Below, piece by piece: positions 12,344 through 26,312 of a stretch of 64,000 nucleotides of DNA; position 1 is the stretch's first letter, and each line of letters begins with the position of its first letter. This DNA is from Salpingoeca rosetta (Eukaryota; Protista; Choanoflagellata). A model generated the notes under the pieces. That model was not told the origin of the DNA and ran no database searches. It saw nothing but the letters and a program-made list of their open reading frames with translations. The DNA lies in the NCBI GenBank assembly GCA_033442325.1, contig JAWQFM010000001.1:542410-606409 (forward strand). Reading direction: 5' to 3'. The position numbers were made by a program, and so were the translations under genes.

Positions 12344-15300
12344 ACGACCTTGCCCAACCCTTTCCCGCCAAGCTCTCGTCAACTCCGCGCCCACCTCTCG
12401 GGGTTTTCCATAATCTAATCTAATTTCTCCCTTTCGACCCGCACCAACCTCGCTCACGCGCTGTTGCTGTTGCTTCCCATTGCCCACACCAGATGTGAAG
12501 CGCGGGATGGACGAGAAGTCGGTCATGGCGTACTTGGCGGGCTTCTACCACTACGCGTCTCAGCTCAAGAGCACTGAAGTGGACATCAAGCGCCTCAACA
12601 AGTTCCTCACATTCCTCCTTGACATGGACGCCATGCAAAGCCAATATGAGGTGTCTGTTGAATGTGCACCGCATCAAATCCACGCCAGCCACAATGGTGA
12701 TTGCTGGTGTAGACTCTGTAACGGTGTGCGCACACCAGAAACAAAACAAACAAGCCCACATGCACACCCTCACACACACACACACGCGCGCGCGCGCACA
12801 CACACACACCCTCGCCTTCTTCCCCTCCTCGTCCCTTTCACTCTCTCACTCATCTACACACACACACACCTGCACACCTACACACGCTCTCGCTCTCTCT
12901 CTCTCATTCACACACATCGCAACAATGTAGGAGCAAGCGAGAGCCCTTCTCCAGTGGATTGTGGCGACAACAGAGCGGCTGCGGAAACGCGACTTTGCCA
13001 ACAGGCTGGAGCCGCTTCGCCGCCAGCTGCTGGAATTCAAGCAGTACAGAACCGTGGAGAAGCCACCCAAATTTGTCGAGCGCGGCCATCTGGAGGCACA
13101 CCTCTTTGCCATCCAAACGCGCCTCTTCTCCCAATCACACCCCGTGTACGAGCCCCCGGAGGGCCTGCTCATCACGGACATCAACCACGAGTGGTCTGTG
13201 CTGGAGACGGAGGAGCACGAGCGCGAGGTGGCGTTGCGCGCCGCCGTCATTCGGCAGGAGCGGCTGGAGCAGCTGGCTGAGAAGTTCTATCGCAAAGCAG
13301 ACCTTCGCGAGTCGTGGCTCGACGACAATCTCACCCTCGTCAGCGTGGACACCACAGCCACCGCCAACGGCAACGGCAACGGCACTGCCGCAGCCAACAC
13401 CGCCGCCAGCAGCAACGTGACGACCGACGCGGCGAGCGGGGGCGAATTCGCGCTCGCCACTGTGGAGGCAGCGGTGAAGCGACACGAGGCCATTGACACG
13501 GATGTGCGCGCCCACGCAGACCGCATCGAGGCCATGTGCGAGCTGGCAGGCGGGCTCCGCGACGCAGGCTACCACGCGGCAGATGAGGTGACGCAGTGTG
13601 AGCAGCGCATCCTGGATAAGTGGGAGCAGCTCCTTGCACTCATCAGGGAGAAGCGGGCGGAGCTTGACATGGCGCTGGAAGTCGCAAACACCCTGCATGC
13701 CATGAACCTCGTTGCCGCGGCGCTCGCTGCTGCCCTCACCACGGCCTCCTCCACCACGACTGGCAAGCACGTGCAAGAGTGCGAGGAGATGCTGGAAACC
13801 CACAGCAGCCTGCTCGAGGCAGACGTGCAGCCGCTGCTGGAACGCGTGCACGCCGTAAACGCGCAGGCACAGAAGTTTGTGGACCTGGGCCACTCACGCG
13901 CGCCCATGCTGGAGGAGCAGCAAGACCGCCTCTTGCACCTCCACGCAGAGCTGGACAAGCAGGTGCGCCGGCGCAGGGAGCAGCTGCAGGACGCCCTGAG
14001 CCTGCAGGCGTACCTGAGCGATGCCGATGAGGTTGCATCATGGATTGCCAGCAAGGAGTCCAGTGCCGCGTCCACGGACCACGGCCGCGACGTCACCTCC
14101 GTGCTCAGTCTCCTCAAGAAGCACACCGCCCTCATTGCAGAGCTCAAGGAGCAGGAAAAACACGACGTCGGCCCCATCGTTGCGCAGGGCACGCAGCTCG
14201 TGCAGGCGGGCCACTTTGCAGCAGAGGCAATCCAGGCGCGAAACACGGAGCTGTCCACGGCCTTTAATGCGCTCAAGAGCGCCGCGTCCAGTCGCCGCAA
14301 GCACCTCGAGCTCAACAAGCAGCTGTGCTTGTTCAGCAACGAAGCAGCCGAGGCCCTGGCCTGGCTCAAGCACCGCGAGCCCCTGGCTTCGGAGCAGGAC
14401 ACCGGCAGCACGCTGTCTGCGTCGCAGGCCCTCCTGCGCCAGCACGAGGCACTGCAGGACGAGTTGGACGCATTCGCTCGCACAGTGGCCGCGCTCAAGC
14501 GGCACGGCAGCGACCTCAAGCTCCAAGGCACGCCGCAGGCTGCCAAGGACAGCGCAAACGGAAACGGCGGCGCCACCAGTGGCGCCAGTGGCGCAAGGGG
14601 CAAGAAACAGCTCAAGGCGCTGCACGCGTATGCGAGCCGGTCCAAGAACGAGCTGAGCTTCCAGAAGGGGGACATGTTCACCCTCATCAGCGACACGAAC
14701 AAGGACTGGTGGAGCGTGAAGACAGCCGATGGCGCCCTGGGCTACGTGCCTGCCAATTTCGTCAAGGAGGTCAAGGCCGGCAAGCGCTCTGCAGGTGCGG
14801 GCGGCATTCAGCTCTCCGCGTCGCAGCGCGCGTCCGTTGAAGAGACGCTGCAGGCCGTTGTGCCGCTGTTTGACCACCTGCAGAAGCAGTGCAAGGCCAG
14901 GCACCAGCAACTGCTGGACGCGGTTGCCGCGCATGCGCTGTTGCTTGAGCACGAGGAGCTTGACGCGTGGCTGGAGCACCACACGGCCATCATCTCCTCC
15001 ACAGAGACGGGCAAAGACCTCAACCACGTGCAGAACTTGCTCAAGCAGATCCAGAGCCACAGCGCCGACATGGAGACGCAGCGCAGCCGCCTGCAGCACG
15101 TGCGCGATGAAACGGCGCGCTTGCTCGAGAGCGGGCACACACAAGCGCCACAGCTGCAGCAGCGTCGCGACGACCTCGACGTACGCTGGTCCAAGCTGCA
15201 GGATGCCACGCAGCAGCGAGCACGGGCCCTGCGCGCGTCGCAGCGTGCGCTTACGTTCAACCGTGACGCAGAGGAATTGCGCGCGCTCATGCGCGAGAAG

Positions 15301-17247
15301 CAGGCGGCGCTGTGCAATGGCGAGCAGCCGCGCGACGCCTCGTCCGCGCAGGCGCTGTCCCGCAAGCAGGATCAGTTTGAGGCCGAGGTGCAGGCGGTGC
15401 AACAGTCGGTCGCCGCTCATCGCGCAAAGGGCAACACCCTTGCCGAGAAGTACCCTGCCCACGCGGGGGCAATTGTGGCAAAGGCGCAGCAGCTGCAGAG
15501 CGAGCTTGCGGAGCTGCAAGATGCCACGGCGGCGCGGCGACAGAGTTTGGAGACCAGCGCACGCGTGCTGCAGTCCAAGCGTGCTTTGTCCGATGCGCGG
15601 GCCTGGCTGCGCAACGTGCAGGCGACAATGAAGGGTGCCACCACCCGGCCCACCACGCCATCGCACCCCCTCTCAACTGCCGCCGCCACGGCTGCAAGCC
15701 CAGGTTCATCACCAGGTGCATCCGCGCCATCCACGAGCCGCACCACGCCATCGGGCTCCCGTACACACCTGGGCCTCGCCTTCACCAGCGTACAGGCGGT
15801 GCAGGCGGCCATTGAGGCGCACGAGGAGCTGCGCAACGAGATGGACGCGCGCGATCAACAGGCAGCCAAGGCGCTGGAAGCAGCAGAGCGGCTGCTGGAC
15901 GACGCCATCATCGCTGAGCAAGAGCAGGAGCACCTGCAACGGCAACGCGCACGCACGCCCGATGCAGGCGCACGCCAGCGCGACAGCACAGTCAGCACAG
16001 CCAGTGGCGGCAGTGGTGGCAGCACCACGCTTCTTGGTGACGTGCGCGCTCTTGTTGATGAGGTGCAAGAGCAGCAGCAGCAGCAGCGTGAGCGCTGGCG
16101 TGAGCGTGCTTCGTTCCTCAAGGAACAGCAGCGGCAGCTCAGGCTCAAGGCAAGGCTCGATGCCCTGGAGAGCGTGCTCACGGCGCAAGAACAGCGCCTG
16201 AAATCGCGCGCGCGGTGGGAGGCGGGGTCTGCGGCAGAGCTGGACCACCTCCTGCGCGTTTGTGAACAGGAGCACCAGCTGCTTAACACGCACCGCGACA
16301 CGCTGGCCGCCACCGAGACCCAACTACACAAGGGCAGTGGCTCAAGCAGCGGTGGCAGGAAGGGCTCGGGCTCCATCACAAGCAGCCGGCGCATGTCCTC
16401 TTCCAGCACCGACATGCCCACTGCCCCCACCGATGCCCAGGGAGACGAGGAGGCCTTCGCCCACGCCCGGGACGCAGCGAAATGGCTGCCTTCTGCGCCC
16501 GCGTTGGAACATGCGTTGACCTTGGCGCAGCAGCAAGTTGATCGCCTGGAGGCCATGCTTGTTGCAGCACAAGAGAGCATTCAGCGCCAGCGCGAGTTCT
16601 ACGCCGCCGAACAGCAACTGCAAGAGGCGCAAACCTGGCTGGACGAGAAGGCGCGGCTGCTTGGCGACTCGGGCATGAACACAAGCAACCATCATCAGCA
16701 GGCAGCAATAGTGTCACAGGGCGAGGGTGAAGAAGCCGGGCCTGGTAGTGCGCAGCCGTCGTCGCCGCAGCACGAGCAGAACCTGCACCGCAAGCTGAGG
16801 CAGCATGATGCGCTGGCTGCTGAAATCCAGGCCTACGATGGTGTCGCGCAGGGGGCTGTGCAAGCAGCCAACGCCTTTGCGAAGCGCCATGCCGCCCCGA
16901 GCGGAGCCGCTGATGTTCGCGCGCGCGATGCTGGTGATGCAACTGGCACCGTTGCCAGGGAAGAGGCCGACACGCTGAGCGCAATGGCGCAACAGCTCGA
17001 GACGGCATGGGAAGCGGTGCAGGCGGCAGCGGCCGACCGCGGTCGCCACTTGCGTGAAGCCATTGAACAGCGCGAGTTTGAGGAGCTTGTGTCTGACCAC
17101 ATGGCGTGGTGCTCAACCATGACGGCCCGGCTGACGGACATTCGCGCACGTGCCGAGAACAACCGTGGCGGGGGCGCCCCGTCACACCGTGCCTCTTCCG
17201 ACAACGATGGTTCTGTGACCAGTGGGGCTGCCGGAGATGTGCAACAG

Positions 17248-17301
<54 letters not shown>

Positions 17302-19813
17302 GATGCAGGTGCTGCAAGTGCTGGCAGCAGCGTGCGCGCGCTGCTGCAAACCATCGCCGCCAACGTGCGGCCGGAGCTGGACGTGCAGGCGCTTCGCCTG
17401 GACACGCTTCAGGACCTGTGTGTCCGGCTTGTTGAGAGCGGTCACTCAGACGCTGCTGGTATCAAAGCGCGCACGGAGCGGGCTGCTGCGGCCTTTGCGG
17501 AGGTGCAGCCAGCGGTCGATGCGTGCGAGCGCGATCTGCAACATGCCTTGCGAGGGTACACGCTGCTGCACGACCTGCAGTACCAGACGTCGCTCTTGCA
17601 GGCGCGTCTGGCGCAGGTGTCCACCACCCAGTGCGGCACCACAGCACGAGATAACGCGACCCTCATCAAGGTGCACGAGGTGTTTATGGCACAGGTGGAG
17701 ACGCAAGAGCAGTCTGTCGACGAGTGCATGGCCAGCGTGGAGGCATACAAGGAGGACCACACCCAGCACCAAGAAAGCCATGCAGCCACCACCGACAGCG
17801 AAGGTTCTCACGCCGTGGCCACTGGCCGTGACGGCAGCGTGCGAAGCAGTGTTGGCGGCAACTTGGTTGCGCAGCTTGAGGCTGCAGCTGCTTACCTTGC
17901 TCAGCAGAGGGCCGAGGTGCGCGACGCGTGTGTGCAACGGCGCCTGCACCTGCAGGAGACGGCAACCATCTTCCGCTTCCTGGGCGAGTGCTCGTCGTTG
18001 GTGGCGGGTCTGGAGGAGAAGCGCGAATTGATCCGTGCAGCCGTGAATGAACTCGGCGCCGAGCGCGATGCAACGCAACACATCATCTCCCGACACCAGG
18101 CTGTGCGGGAGGAGCTGGCCGTGCTTGAAACCGAGCTGCTGCACCTGCAAGACACAGTCAACGCCCATGCTGAACGTGCACCGGCATCAAGCATACCGGA
18201 AACAAGCGACGACCGCACGGGCGATGGCCAGCAGCCAACGCTGCGCACTGTGGAGCAGCACATTTCTTCTGCCCTCAGCCTCGCTGCCGAGTTGAAGGAG
18301 GAAGCGGAGCACCGACGCGCGCTGTTGCAGCAGCAACTGAGGATGCACGATTTGACACGGGACCTGGCTGAGTCGCTCGCTTGGCTGCAGCAGCTGGTGG
18401 ACCAGGCCTCCAACCACGACATTGGAAAGGACGAGGAGGACTGTGAGCTGCTTCGCGACCGCTTCGACAAGATGCAGGAGCAGGCAGAGGCCAACATGCC
18501 TGCGCGGCTTGATGAGGTCTGTGCACAGGCGCGCACCTTCCTCAGCGAGGGTGAAGACGGCTCCGTGCCCCAAGCACCAGAACAGCGGGAGATGGTGTCT
18601 GGCGCGGTACAGAAGCTCACGACTGCCAAGCAAGCGTTCGACACCGCCAGCGCGGAGCGATTGAACGAGCTGGACGGCGCCCTGAAAATTCATCACTTTG
18701 AGCGCACGGCACAGGAGGTGCAGACACGCATCCATGACAAATGCGCGCTGGTGGACATCTCCTCTGCGCCAGAGGAAGTGGGTGCGATTGAGGCGCTGCA
18801 GCGGAAGCACGAAGGGTACGAGCACGACCTGGCCGCCCTGGAGACAGCCGTGCACGATGTCGCGGCGCAATGCAGCCAGCTGTGCACCGCGTTCCCTTCC
18901 CAGCAGGAGCGGCTGCAGGCCACCAACGCCGGCGTCTCCGCTGCATGGGAGCAGCTGCTCGCCGTAGTCGAAGCATCCAGGGCCAAGCTGGCCGAGTTGC
19001 ACAAGTACCTCATCTTCTGTCGCGACGCCCAGCGCCATTTGCGGTGGTGCCAGCACACGCTGCCTCGATGCCGGTACGACCATGAGCCCGGCAACGCAGC
19101 TGATCGGTCGCTTGGCACGCCCATGAAGCGACCCACCTCTGCTCTGCTTGGTGGCACGTCTTCTCCGACCGTGCTGACATCGCGGCCAGCCTCGCGTGCG
19201 TCTGCACCTGTCACGCCATCTGGGACGCTCGATGCCTCACATCGAATGTCCCCAGAAAAGCTGGTGGGCTCGCACGACAGCTCAAACACCAACGTGTCCG
19301 CCACTGCGGATGCATCGTTCACAAGCCAGGCCGGTGCATGGGTGCTGACCAACGCACGGGACGTGGAGGCTGCGCTTGTGCGCCATCTCGAGCTCAAAGC
19401 CGACATTTCCACGCAGGCGGAGGACCTGGACGGTTTGCTGGGCTTGCAACAGCAGCTGTCCAGCTCAGCCCGTGGCCGCCACATCGAGGGTATCAGACCG
19501 AACGGTGAGGCGGGTGACGATGGCGCAGAGGACGCATCTGCGCATCTGGCCCAGTGGCAGCTTGCGCGTGCCGGTGAACTTGCAGAAGAGACGAGGGCAT
19601 GCATGACGGACGTGCAGCAGGCATGGGAAGCCGGGCAGAAGACACTGGACCAGCTCTCCGAATACTACAAGCTGCAACGCGAGGTGCAGGCCCTGCATGA
19701 CCAACTCGACACGAAGGAAAAGCTGACCGTGCAGCTGGCTGCGTCCTTTGCTGTCGCTGCTGCGAGCCCAGTCCAAAACCACGACGCAGTTGGACAAGAC
19801 AAAGAACAAACGG

Positions 19814-19874
<61 letters not shown>

Positions 19875-22800
19875 GCAGCAGCAGCGCCTGCCTGATGTGG
19901 AGGGCCCGAGTGCGGAGCGTGTGCTGGCACAGCACAAAGTGCAAGCAGCGGCGCTTGCCACCATTTCTGACCGCATTGCCGCTGTGGGCGGCCAGGTGGA
20001 CCGCATGGTGTTGGGCGACTACTGTTGTGCCGATGCTGCGGCAGACATGCGCACGCGGCTGGAAGGGCGCTTGGACGAGGTGAAGGCAGCCTATGAAGCC
20101 ACCCGCCGCCGCCTCACCGACGCCGCCGAGTTCCAGGCGTTCCTGCAACAGGCTGGGGACATTGATCACTGGATGGCTGTGAAGCGCAGGCGCACGCGCG
20201 CTGGCGCTGGTGGCGCCGGTGGCGCCGGTACTGACACGCCGCTGCCAGAAGCAGCAGCAGCAACCAGCAGCATCTTCAACCTCCAGGCGCGGCTGAACAA
20301 GCAGCTGGCATACCAGGAGGAGGTGCAGAGCGCCAGCACCGCTGTTGACGAAGTGGTGGCTGCGGGGGAGATAATGCTGTCCCGTGGCAGCCACGAGAAC
20401 ACCGACACCATCCGCAGCGTTTGCCAGCGGCTGCGCGCCAACCTCGCTTGCCTGCTCGCTGAGACAGACACGGCAACGCAGGCGTTGAGGGAGGCCATCC
20501 AGATTGCGTCGTTTGTGGACAAGTCCGAAGATGCTGTGCAGGAGCTCGGCAAGCGGTGCACAGAGCTGGCAGCGCTGCGCCCGCTGGAGGATCTAGAAAT
20601 GACGCTGGAGGTGCAGGCAAAGTGCAAGGCCCTGGAGCGGGACATCACCGCAGTCGACAGCAAGCGTGTGCAGACGTTGCAAGAGCAGGCACAAACGCTT
20701 ATGACGCAGCTGCCGAGCCAGCGTGACGTCGTCCGCCATGCAGAGGCCGAGCTGGTGACGGGGTGGCAGAAGGTGGAGGCCACGCTGTCCCGCCAGCGCC
20801 ACGCGTTGGAGGTGGCGGTCGACGTGCAGACCTATCTCAAGGACGCGCAGGAGCTGGACGCGTGGATGTCGGAGAAGCAGAGCGCCGTGGCCGCGGACGA
20901 CATGGGCCGTGACGCGGAGAGCGTTGAGGCCCTTCAGCGACAGCACGATGCGGCCATGCGCGATTTCGGGGCCTTGGATGTGCGCCTGTCCGAGCTGAGC
21001 AAGGAGGCTCGCCGGCTCCCGCGCGTGCACCGCACCGAAGACATGTGTGCCGTTCAGGAGAAGCAGGAGCAGCTGGAGGCGCGCTGGAACGAGGTGAGAA
21101 GCATGGCGCAGCAGCGGCGTCTCAAGCTGAACGACGCGCGCGACTACCAGGCGTTTGTCACGCGGCTGCGTGGCGTCACGGCGTGGATGGCGGACGTGGA
21201 GGCCACCATGGCGTCCACGGAGCTTGCGCACAGCGTCAACGCTGCCGAGGTGCTGTGCAAGCGTCACGCTGCACTCAAGACGGACATTGAGGCGCGGGAG
21301 ACAGACCTGGCCCGTGTGGAGCACGTGGTCACGCGCCTGCGTGCGCGGAACCACTACGCCAGCGAGGAAATGCAAGCCATGTACGCGGAGGCCGCCGCCA
21401 GGTACGCTGCGCTGCAAGATGCGTGGCGGGCGCGAGACACAGTGCTTCGCCAATGCCACGGCCTGCAGCTGTTTCTTCGTGACGCTGCGCAAATTATGGC
21501 GTGGATGGACACGGCCACCAAAGGCCTGCACCGCCAGAGCGTGGGCACCTCCCTGCCCGAGGTGAGCGCGCTGCTGAAGCGCCACGCCGATTTTGCAACC
21601 ACACTCACCACAAACGACGAGAAGATTCGCGCGCTGGTGAGATATGCAGAGGCAGAACTTGGGTACACCGCTGATGTCAGCGACACGCAGATGCGCCAGC
21701 AGGCAGGCCCATACAGCTCCGCGTCATCGGATGCGGGTGCAGGGGTGGTCGAAGGGCAGCCTAATCGCGAAAACGAAAGAGGCGCAGCGGGCGATGGCGA
21801 GGACAGCAGTGATGTTGGTGAGCAGAGCGGAGAGCAAGAAATGGCCCAGTGCGGTGCTTCGGTGCAGAACACACAGGACGCCGCTCAGCAGAAGCAAGCG
21901 TTGCCACAGCAGCACTATGCGGCGGATGTCATTGCTGCCAAGCTGTTGGCCGTGCAGGAGCAGCAGCAAACGCTGCACCAGCTGAGCGCGGAACGGCAGC
22001 GTCGCCTGGACGCATCGCAGCGCCTGCACCAGTTCCTTCGTGACTGTGACGAGCTGGAAGAGTGGATCCTGGTGCGCGATAAAGTGGCGCAAGAAGAGGC
22101 CGTGCCCGACGACTTGAACGCGTTGCCACGCAAGGTTCAGCGGCAGCAGGCGTTTGAAGCTGAGCTGGAGGCGAACGAGCCGCGCCTGAGCTCGCTGGTC
22201 GCCCGACGCCGGCAATTTGCCGAGGAGGGGCACTACGCCACCAGCACAGTGACGGACCGCGAGCAGCGGCTGCAGGCGCTGTGGCAGTCTCTGCTGGAGC
22301 ACTCGGCGGGAAAGAGCGAGCGGCTGAAGCAGGCGCAGGACCTGTGGGACTTCTCACGCCGGTCGGATGACATCCTTGCCTGGTGCGCGGCCACCATGCC
22401 CAAGGTGACCTCGGAGGAGCTTGGCGACGACACGCGCGCAACGTCGCGTCTGCTGAAGCGCCAAGAGGCGGTGGATGCGGAGATTGCCAGCTACGGCGAG
22501 CGCATTGAGATGCTGCGGCAGGAGGCCGCAGAGCACGCGGCGGCAAAGCACTTCCGCGCAGGAAGCATGGCCAGGACGGTGGAGAAGCTAGTCGGCGCGC
22601 ACAGCGCACTGCTGGACCCGCAGCTGGAGCGCACGCGCAAGCTCGAATCCCACCTGGAGTATCACCGGTACGTGCGGCTGGTGCACTCGCACCTGGCGTG
22701 GGTGGCGGAGCGGACCACAGCTGCGGAGTCAACGGACTTTGGCGACGACCTGACGGCCGTGCAGCGCATGGTGAAGGTGCACGATGCGCTTGTGGACAGC

Positions 22801-25800
22801 ATCACCGTGTACAAGGCCCAGGTGGACGCGGCCATGGACCAGGGCCAGGCGCTTGTGCAGGCGGAGCACCACTGCTCAGACAGGATTGAGGCTGTGATGG
22901 ACGAGCTGCGGGATGCGTGGGCGGCGCTGGAGGCCGCTGTGGAGAAGCGTGGCGTGCAGCTGCAAGGCTCGCTGCAGGCACACGAGTACTTCACGCACGC
23001 CGACGAGGCCGAGGCGTGGCTGCGGGAGAAGCATCCGCTGGTTGGCAGCGAGGAGCATGGCACCGACGCGGACACCGCCGAGGCGTTTATGAAGCAGCAC
23101 GCTGCGGTGACCACGGACATTGCAGCGTTTGAGGGCTTTGTGAAGAGCCTGCAGTCTGAGGCGGAGGGTTTGATTGGCACGGGCAACGCGCTGGCGGAGA
23201 GCATTGCCGAGCGGCAGTCGTTTGTTGAGGAGCAGTACGATGCCGTGTGCGACCAGGGGCAGCGGCGCACGGCTGCGCTGGAGGCCTCGTTGCAGTGGCA
23301 CAGGTTCTGCCGCAAGCACGAGGCCCTTGTGCAGCAGCTGACGCAGCACGTGCAGGCGCTGGCAGATGCGCCTGCAGGCACGCACAAGGACGAGGTGGAC
23401 GACCTGCTGCTCAAGCACGCGGCTGCGATGGAGACGCACGCGCAGAGTTGCGATGCTGCGGAGCGCCTGTGCGCAGAAGCGCAGGAGTACATCGACGCCG
23501 GCCATGCACAGGCCGGTGCGCTGGCAGAGAAGCAGCGTGCGCTGTTGGCGCTGGTCGCGGAGTTGAAGGAGGTTGGCGCTGAGCGGCAGGCGCGGCTCAA
23601 GGGGATGCAGACCGTGTTTGCGTTCCTGCAGGATGTGGAGGATGTGGTCATGTGGATTCGTGACAAGGCGGCGTCACTCACGGAGCTGAGCCTCGCCGAC
23701 ACGCTCACGCTGCAGCGTCTACAGCGACAGCACCAGGTGGCATGCAGTGATCTGCAGGCGCTGGAGGCACGCGTGCAGCACCTTGAGAGCAGGTATGGGA
23801 CGCTCCAGGACGAGGACCTGAAGGGGGAGCTTGAGGAGCGCGCTGCGCCTGCAATGGCTTCGATGCGTTCGGAATGGGCGGTGCTGCGGGACGGCTACGC
23901 GGGCCGAACAAGCGCGCTGGACTTCCTGCTCGCGGGCCAGCAGTGGGTGGAACTAGGGCAGGATCTGCACGAGTTCTACACAGGCATGCTGGCCGAGATG
24001 GACGCGGAGGAGTCTGCGAGTGACGTCGCCGTGTGCGAGGCGCAGCGGAAGCGGCACGCGGAGCGCAAGCCAGAGATTGACGCCCACGAGAGCGATTTCC
24101 AGACCGCTGTCGATGCCAGCCGCGACCTTCTCCAGCGGGAAGGAGCTGGGGTCAAGGGCCAGCACGAACGCGGTGAGGGTGGTGGTGGTGTCGGAGATGA
24201 GCAGGTGTGTCGGCAACTGCGGACGCGGATCGAAGAAGACGCGCGTGCGCTGCGCGAGCTGCACGACCAAGTGCACCAGGTGTGGCAGAACAAGCTCGAT
24301 GGCCTGGACACGGCAACGGAGACGCAGGCGTTCTTGAAGCATGCCGAGGCAACCCGGCAATGGATTGGCTACCAGAAGGGGCTTCTCACGCTGGATGATG
24401 ATTTGGACGACGTGGACGATATTGATGCGCTCTTGAAGAAGCACGAGGACTTTGAGCGCTCGCTTGCGGCGCAGACGGAACGCATCCGTCGCATCGAACA
24501 ACCAACGGCGGTACGTGTTGTGTTGTGTTGTGTTGTGTTGAATGGTGTGTTGTGATATGATGTGTTTGTGTTGTATTTTGCCTTTGGTTTGTGAGGGCTG
24601 CTGTGTTTAGAATTGATTTCCCTGGCCTGCTTGCACGGTCTCACTTTGCGCTGTGTGCGTGTGCGTGTGTGTGCTTTTTGCTTGTTTTGTTTTGTTAGGC
24701 GGAGAAGCGCGAGCAGGAGAAGGCGGAAAAGGCCCGGCAAGAAGAGGAACGCAAAGCAACTGCTGCGGTATCGTTCGTGCCGCCAGCGTCCAAGCGAGCA
24801 GCCACCTCCTCCACGGCAGGGGCAATGCTGTCTGCACTGCAGAAGCGTGGGCAGGCACAAGAGCAACAGGGCGAGGAAGTGGGTGGACGTGACACTTCAA
24901 TTGCGACCTCAGATGACGCACAGCTCAAGCAGCACCTTGCAGGGACGGAGGTTGAGAGTGGCGCAGCAAAGGGTCATGGCGATGAAGGGAGCGCTGGAGA
25001 CGGCGTTAATACTGACACCGCAGAGTCCACCACAGAGACGACTGCAGGTGCGGCCACCGCAGACAGCCAGCAACAGGATCGGGACGCCGCGAGTGATGTG
25101 GACGCGACTGTGGCGCGGGGTGCGGCGCTGAGCGTGAGCCAGGCGAGCAGCGCACGGGCCTCGCACTACGGCTTTGACAGCTTCATGCAAGATGGCGGTG
25201 GTGATGCTGAGGATGCGCGCAACATTGCAGCCATTGCGGAGGTGGACGAGCCAACATCATCCAGCACACTTGACAATGACGACCATCAACAGCAGCAGCA
25301 GGAGCAGCAGGAGCCAGAGACACGCCAGGTGCCGGGCGAGAGCGGGAACGAGACGCCGACAGTGGATGCGGGTGCTACGCAGGAGCGCGGCAGCCCAGCA
25401 TCGACGGTGGCTTCTTCAACAACAGAAGGCGAAGCCAAGGCAGAGGGCGCCACGATCCCGAAACAGGGTGCTGGTGAACAGCAGAGGGACAGCGTGCTCA
25501 TGCAGGGGGCGCTGCACAGGAAGGTGGAATACGAGAGCAGGGGCAAGCGCTCCTTGCTGCGGTCGTGGAAGGACCATTTTGCCGTCTTGGAGGGACGCGC
25601 GCTCAAATTCCTTCATCCAAAAGACCATCGCGTGCTGGTGCGTACCTATGTGTGTGTGTGTGTGTGTGTTGGGTGATTGCGGAGGGGGGAGGTTGCTGGT
25701 ATTTCTGTGATTGTTTGGTTCTTGATTTCTACATTGCATGCGTGCAGGCAATTGACATGTGAGTGCTTGTTGTGTCCACGTTGCATCTGGGGAATCCAGG

Positions 25801-25940
25801 CGGTGTCGGACCTCGCTGGTGCGCAGTGCGCTGTGGCCAAAAACTACTCCAAGCGCCCGCACGTATTTGAGCTCGTGTGTACGGATGGCAGCCAGGTTTG
25901 TTCGTGTGTGTGTGGGGGGGGGGCTGTGTGTGTGGGTGGG

Positions 25941-25973
<33 letters not shown>

Positions 25974-26246
25974 GCGTCGTCGTATGGAAGNNNNNNNNNN
26001 NNNNNNNNNNNNNNNNNNNNNNNNNNNNNNNNNNNNNNNNNNNNNNNNNNNNNNNNNNNNNNNNNNNNNNNNNNNNNNNNNNNNNNNNNNTTCTGCTGGC
26101 AGGTGCTGCTTCAGGCTGCTGATGCAGCCACAATGGAGGCCTGGATCGGCGCAATTCGGGAAGCTGCTGGTGCCGCTGCCGCTAACGCGCCAGGTTGGAA
26201 TGTGTGTCGCTGTATGCGGCTGGGTGCTTGTGGGAATGTGTATTCA

Positions 26247-26312
<66 letters not shown>

